A stretch of DNA of 63,044 bases, counting the filler, from Bigelowiella natans CCMP2755 (Eukaryota; Protista; Cercozoa): NCBI GenBank assembly GCA_000320545.1. It is 9 parts of 9 records of this genome, joined end to end, with 100 filler letters (N's around TTAATTAATTAA, not from the genome) between each part and the next. Parts side by side here need not be neighbours in the genome. Positions count along the whole stretch, not along the records: positions 45,689 to 60,406 come from ADNK01003307.1; positions 60,507 to 61,792 come from ADNK01003722.1; positions 61,893 to 63,044 come from ADNK01003727.1; 6 more parts are not named here. The stretch is one strand, 5' to 3'. The notes under the pieces were generated by a model. The model did not search any database, was not told where the DNA came from, and saw nothing but the letters and a program-made list of their open reading frames with translations. Shown in pieces: positions 48,761 through 63,044 of the stretch (its first letter is position 1; each line of letters opens with the position of its first letter). Made by a program: the position numbers and the translations under genes.

Positions 48761-49355
48761 TGATGCGACTCTGTATTCTTAGAGAAAATATCATTAACTA
48801 CGGTAGACAGAATGAAAATGGATGACGATGATGATGACAATGACAATGATGATGACGAAGCATAATAATACACTTACCTACCTACCTATCTAACAACCTT
48901 CAACATGATACTACGCATTCCAGAGTGGCTTCGGCGCAACCATCGGCTTCTTTGCCTACCCACACATAGACCGCACGGTCATAACTGCAGCTTTATGCGG
49001 TTGGTACTTCACACCATCTTCTGGTGTTCCTTGCTCCCCTCTCTTTCTCAGATGATGCTGTATTGTTGTGGAGAGTTGTTTTTCATTTCTAAAGCAGCTG
49101 AATAGTGTTATGTGTACATGATATAGCGGGATATGAAACAAACCAACAAGTGAGCATGCACATGATGATTTCTTCCGTGTTTCTCCTCCTCCTCCTCCTC
49201 CTCCTCCTCCTCCTCTCCTCCTAATACTAGGTATATCTACACTTGGAGGGTTGGGGATAATTCAGATTATAAGACAGCAAAATTGTCGTCTTGACAACGA
49301 CCATGCTATTAATGGTGGGGGGGGCAGTATTTCGAGTAGGACGGGGGATGGTGAC
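45850..49355 (+). CDS. UNC-93-like MFS membrane protein, 3' part, many short exons (boundaries approximate)
   Basis: Exon peptides GNLAKKTFGAASVG, VGKRLMMLYASLNYFI, TYWLVFAVY, GLLTDMFEENVEGAFGNVMFQ|SGFGATIGFFAYPHI resemble the UNC-93 C-terminal F....AF.N....GF motif. Confidence 0.55.
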
Positions 49356-50269
49356 ATGTCGCACCGTCGTCGATCAAGTGTTGCAATACAGCCTCCACCA
49401 GATTTAGGAGCACCTGAAATGTGATGATGAGATCTCATTTGTTAAAGTGCATTATGTAGAGAGTAGTAGCATATAAGCATTGTCTACTATGTAATTTTAG
49501 TCCAAAGTCATTCAATAAAAGATGAAATCGTATGTCTCGCCTCGAGGATGGGGCGAACTGACTATGTGTAGTCTATACGTCAATAACTTAATAGCATTGC
49601 GTATTTAAAGGCTATATGAAACCCTCCATCGCTGGTGGCTGGTATGTGCAGAGCATACGATGCCAGAGCGCATGCATGCTGCGCACGCATCATCGCGTAC
49701 AAATAATAGTAGCTTTGATTAATAATCCTGTCATTAAAACAAGTACTGTTGGTTTTGTATGCGCTGACTTCTCGTGCTAAGGCATAGTTTGTGCATTCAA
49801 AAGCCCAAAGAGTACGCATGCATGTAAAGTGTACTAGTGTCTAGAGTGTATATTGTAGCTACGCTGCGCATTTCCTTTACTAGCTTGTATATGTTGCGCG
49901 CATTTGTGTGCGTGTGCGTGTGCGTGTGCGTGCGTGCGTGCGTGCGTGCGTGTGTGTATGTGGCTATAATGGCTAGATGCATCTGGCATGTGTAGCTCTA
50001 GAGCTGTCATGTCATAATGACATGCTAGCATGCACCTTTACATAATGTGTGTGAGACCAAAACGAAATGTAACGATTATGCCATAGCGAATATGCAGCGC
50101 GAGCTTTACTAGTCTAGCATCTTCTACCCAACGTTAATAATGATCTATTATAATTCCAAAGAATGAAAAGAATGCATGTTGCAAAAATAGCTCGTCCACA
50201 GAAGCAACGAGTCATTGGCGGTAAAATGCCTTCCTAGCTTGATTCTTTTCTTTTTATGTGCTTAGGCAT

Positions 50270-55784
<5,515 letters not shown>

Positions 55785-56602
55785 CGCCAAAATCTATTCA
55801 AAGATCCTTTTATACGGCAAAAAGCAGCCACAAGGGTTTCGTCAACTTGGAGTGAGAGGGGGGGGACTGTGGTAGTTGTGACGAGATTGTCTATCGATGT
55901 TCAATGTTTATGCAGTAATTATTAAGCTGAATACGACGAATGATCTCTCTCGCTTAGGCGCAAGCCTTGAACGGATGACAACCGTATTTACGGACACTTT
56001 TTGATGGCAAAGCAACCTAGACAAAATCAGAGAAAAATGAACCTACTGGCTTTGCGAACCAGGAATTCAAAAAATTCAAAAATCTGGTCAGCACCGATTT
56101 TTTTTTTCCTCGGGGACTCAGCTACGACCAGGCGAGAGTGTTGTCGTAGGAAAATAAAAGCAGAGCATTTGACTTTGATATCCATGGATATCCTATTGTT
56201 CCACAGCGTCAAATGACCATCGCTGAATGGGCTGCGACCTATAGAAAACATTGTCGCACCATACGATTATAATTATTTATCGAGAGCCATCCAAAACACG
56301 TTCCCGCATCTCCTTGAGAGCAGCAGTGAAAATCTACTTTCGGGAAGTACTCGTAGTATCATCAGGAGCTCATTTAGATGGTGAGAAGATGAACGAGGTA
56401 GGTTAGTCTGATTAGGAACTGAGCCTTAAAGGTCTTTGATGCTACAGTTTGTTTTCAAATTGCATGCCTGCGTTGCGTGTTTTTCGTGCTCACACAATTT
56501 CCCCTTACCACAGACATAAGATCACGGCGCTTTTCGTCTTTGAAGAGGAGGGGAAATTGCATCTTAAACCATCTGCAATTATATTAAAGTTACATATTGC
56601 GA

Positions 56603-59760
<3,158 letters not shown>

Positions 59761-59824
59761 GGTAATTGATTAATGATGAGTGTAGAAAATACATAGTAGA
59801 ATAAGAGCAACATGTAAATAAAAT

Positions 59825-59866
<42 letters not shown>

Positions 59867-60029
59867 ACGAATTATTTATATTTCCTTGGGGATATGTGAA
59901 GAATCTAGAGACAGAGTATAGTTGTTGGAAACATCAACTCATCGTGGTGATGACGATAATGATGATGATGATGCGAATGATAGATTATATAACAGTTCTA
60001 TCAATAATATGGCTCTGTTGTAACGATGA

Positions 60030-60079
<50 letters not shown>

Positions 60080-60406
60080 GCTCCAAAAGCTGATGGTTGG
60101 AGAGATCTGTGTAATTCAACAGACAACTTAATTGTCTGATTTACTACCACCACCACGGCTGCTACTACTATGGCTATTTTCCCATAAACCAATCAATTAG
60201 AAAATAAATCAATCTAAACTGTTCTTTCTGATATCATTACGGCGCTTCTTCCTGCTGCTGTACCTCGCCAACCTACCTGCGATAAGGGCGATTTTGAAGA
60301 CACGTTCTATGGATTTGAAATGGATTGAAAGAATGATGGCAAGCAAATAATGACTCTTCTTTACTATTATAACCTACAGAAAAATGACACAGTATACCCA
60401 TCCATT

Positions 60407-60506
60407 NNNNNNNNNNNNNNNNNNNNNNNNNNNNNNNNNNNNNNNNNNNNTTAATTAATTAANNNNNNNNNNNNNNNNNNNNNNNNNNNNNNNNNNNNNN
60501 NNNNNN
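60407..60506. other. Artificial contig linker
   Basis: N44-TTAATTAATTAA-N44. Confidence 0.98.
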
Positions 60507-60536
60507 TATCTCCTCGTGGTTGGTCTCTGTTCTCAG

Positions 60537-61327
60537 GTGATTCATATTCCGAAGGCACACAAAAGGGCTGGGGTCATGTCGGTCAGCATTCCACAATCCA
60601 ATATGTGTTTATGATTGATATGAATATAATAGTATATGTTATACATTACCAGGTTGCATGGTCACCTCATCACGACATGGTCACTTCTAGTAGCAGCAGT
60701 GCCAGTAGAAGGGGCAGTATCTTTTCCCGCCCTCACCCCCCCCCCCCCCCTCCTTCCTCCCTGTCCTGCCTTCAATTTCTTCGGCCTGCTATTTGATTCT
60801 TGGGAGGAGGTTTGAAATTGTCCTTGTGCTTCGCAACAACAGCTTCTCTCAGGGTCGGACGATGGCTTTGCGCGCGTGTGGGATACCAAGCGGTGGAACC
60901 TTGTGCACACGGTATGGCGGGGACGGGACGGAGGGGGGGGGTTAGGGAGGGGAGAGAATGTGAGAGAGGGAGAGAATGCGAGAGAAGGAGAGCAGCAGCA
61001 GCATATTTGGAGGTTATTTAAGGATATTTGTAGAAAGCAAACAGAGTATAAAAGCATCACGGAGTTTAAGCCTTACAGTGCGGTGAAATCTAGCTTCTTT
61101 GCTCTCCTCTGCCGTCCGTCCCCCCTCATCTCACCCTCTTTCTTTCTCCCTCCCTTCTACACTTGCTCGTCCATAGCTGGAGGGTCACCAGAGCTCTGTG
61201 ACTAGCGTAGCGTGGTCGCCTGACGAAGCTGGTAGTTTCATCGAGAAGAGGCTTTGATATGCATGCAACGCAAGCGAACAAAACTCGCACACACACACAC
61301 ACACAGACAAATATAAGTATATAATTT

Positions 61328-61372
<45 letters not shown>

Positions 61373-61560
61373 CTTTAATGTGTGTCCATGTTCGGTTGTT
61401 GTCCCCATTTCATCATCGTCACTTTGCTTTTTCTCTCTATTCTCTTTCTACTACCTGACCGAACTTCGTCCAATCCCCATTCCGCTGCTCTCCCCCCGCG
61501 CGCCGCAATCGTCGTGTTTGAAGGCATCCTTGCCACCGCATCGGCCGACGGCACGGTCCG
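60537..61560 (+). CDS. WD40-repeat protein, internal fragment
   Basis: VIHIPKAHKRAGVMS|VAWSPHHDM|LLSGSDDGFARVWDTKRWNLVHT|LEGHQSSVTSVAWSPDEA|GILATASADGTVR. Confidence 0.85.
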
Positions 61561-61792
61561 TAGTAGACCTAGAAGAAGAAGAAGAAGAAGAAGAAGAAGA
61601 AGAAGATGGAGTAGTAGTAGTAGAAGTAGAAGTAGCAGTTGTAGCTCATCTTTCCTATCAGTAGTAGTAGTAGTAGTATCGACGATAAAAACTGCTGCCC
61701 AAATTTGCCAAACGATAGATGAATTGCAAAGGGACGCGATCGATCCTTCCGTTTCCACAAGGAATCGCGCATGTGCGAGCGCGCTGGGGGGG

Positions 61793-61892
61793 NNNNNNNN
61801 NNNNNNNNNNNNNNNNNNNNNNNNNNNNNNNNNNNNTTAATTAATTAANNNNNNNNNNNNNNNNNNNNNNNNNNNNNNNNNNNNNNNNNNNN
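61793..61892. other. Artificial contig linker
   Basis: N44-TTAATTAATTAA-N44. Confidence 0.98.
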
Positions 61893-61897
61893 TACTA

Positions 61898-61965
<68 letters not shown>

Positions 61966-62001
61966 TGGTGTGCGCCATGCCCCATCATCGATGATGACCA
62001 C

Positions 62002-62625
62002 CTTGTGACTTCATTCTTCAGCCTGGAGATGATCACAGAGAGAATGTCCTTAATACTCGGGCCTCCTGCACATTACATTCCTCAACGACAGCCATTGCTT
62101 CTGTCAATCCGAAAATAAGACGCCCCCCCCCTCCCCCTCCCCCAACTCTCGCACACACCACCAATGCAGTCTCCGCCACCTCTCATACCCTGCTTCTTCG
62201 GCGGAGGACCAAGCCTGGCAATGATCGTCGCCATGGACGAGATCGCCGTCTCTCGCACCTCAAGCTCTGCTGTTTCCTCCACCACCTCCCCGTAAACAGC
62301 CGCAATAATCAATCCGCGAATCTCCAAGAGGAGGCCGTCCTCCCTCCCCCCCCCCTCGGCTTCGTCGCGCCCCTTCGTGTCGCTGTGCTCACTATCGATT
62401 GCCATCGCATCATTAGTGGGGTTCTTCGCGTTGTTGCCGTCGCTAGCGCTCGGCTGCTTTAGCACACCGCCGCGCTTGTCCGCCGTCGCTGCGAGGGTCT
62501 CCTCCTTCTTCTTCTTCTTCTTCTTCTCCGTGTAGTACCTGATCACGTTCCAAATGGCCCCGCACGCGCGCAGGGCTGTGCGGCAATGATGACAATTGCC
62601 GAGGAGAGAGGGGAGAACGCGCGCG

Positions 62626-62694
<69 letters not shown>

Positions 62695-62844
62695 GCACGC
62701 ACAATGAGCACCTCATTGGTGATAATTATTCATCAAATAACGAGAGGAGAGCGAGTAACATAAATCATCTCGCATGCAACAAGAATACAAGTGAACAACC
62801 CTGCGGAAATGCTCATCGGTGGAGGCTCAGCAGCGAGAATTTGT

Positions 62845-62888
<44 letters not shown>

Positions 62889-63003
62889 CTCCCCCCTCTC
62901 CCTCTGGAAAGGGCGATGATGGGCGCACACCCGCGCGCGCGGGTGGGGGCGTTCTGTCGTGAGCTTTGGGGACGAGCGCTGAACAGCATCAGCTAGAGGA
63001 GGG
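62002..63003 (-). CDS. CAND1: CAND1 middle exons (upstream of the part at 15765-20384)
   Basis: ALRACGAIWNVIR, ELEVRETAISSMATIIARLG and ILSVIISRLKNEVTR match CAND1 DQEVKERAISCMGQIICNLG and LERLKNEITR. Confidence 0.8.
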
Positions 63004-63044
63004 GGGAGACACTCACCGAGCGAGCGCGCGCGCGCGGGGGTGTG

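Overview
Eukaryotic, intron-rich genomic DNA. It is not one continuous locus: nine contigs are joined by eight artificial 100-bp linkers (N44-TTAATTAATTAA-N44), and at least two are out of genomic order because a CAND1 gene is split between contigs 2 and 9. I assembled GT-AG spliced gene models by eye for a TTC33-like TPR protein, a macro-domain protein, a bacterial-type TroA/FhuD-like substrate-binding protein with a eukaryotic signal peptide and TM anchor, CAND1, a LrgB/PLGG1-like transporter, an ankyrin-repeat gene built from a 182-bp exon+intron tandem array, GTP cyclohydrolase I, HSP10, a TraB-family protein, an SRSF10/SCL-like SR protein, a kinesin-1-like motor, ECM29, an UNC-93-like MFS protein, a PPR protein and a WD40 protein. 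The PLGG1-like gene and several signal+transit-like N-termini suggest an alga with a complex plastid (inference only). Two things stand out. (1) Intergenic tracts downstream of gene 3' ends have almost no TA dinucleotide except inside CTAG, and a local duplication shows TA->TG/CA conversion directly. This suggests a regional, context-specific A:T->G:C hypermutation, roughly RIP in reverse. (2) The ankyrin array has one repeat per exon, hypervariable binding-surface codons and mosaic units, resembling a natural DARPin library. All family calls come from motif recognition, not database searches.
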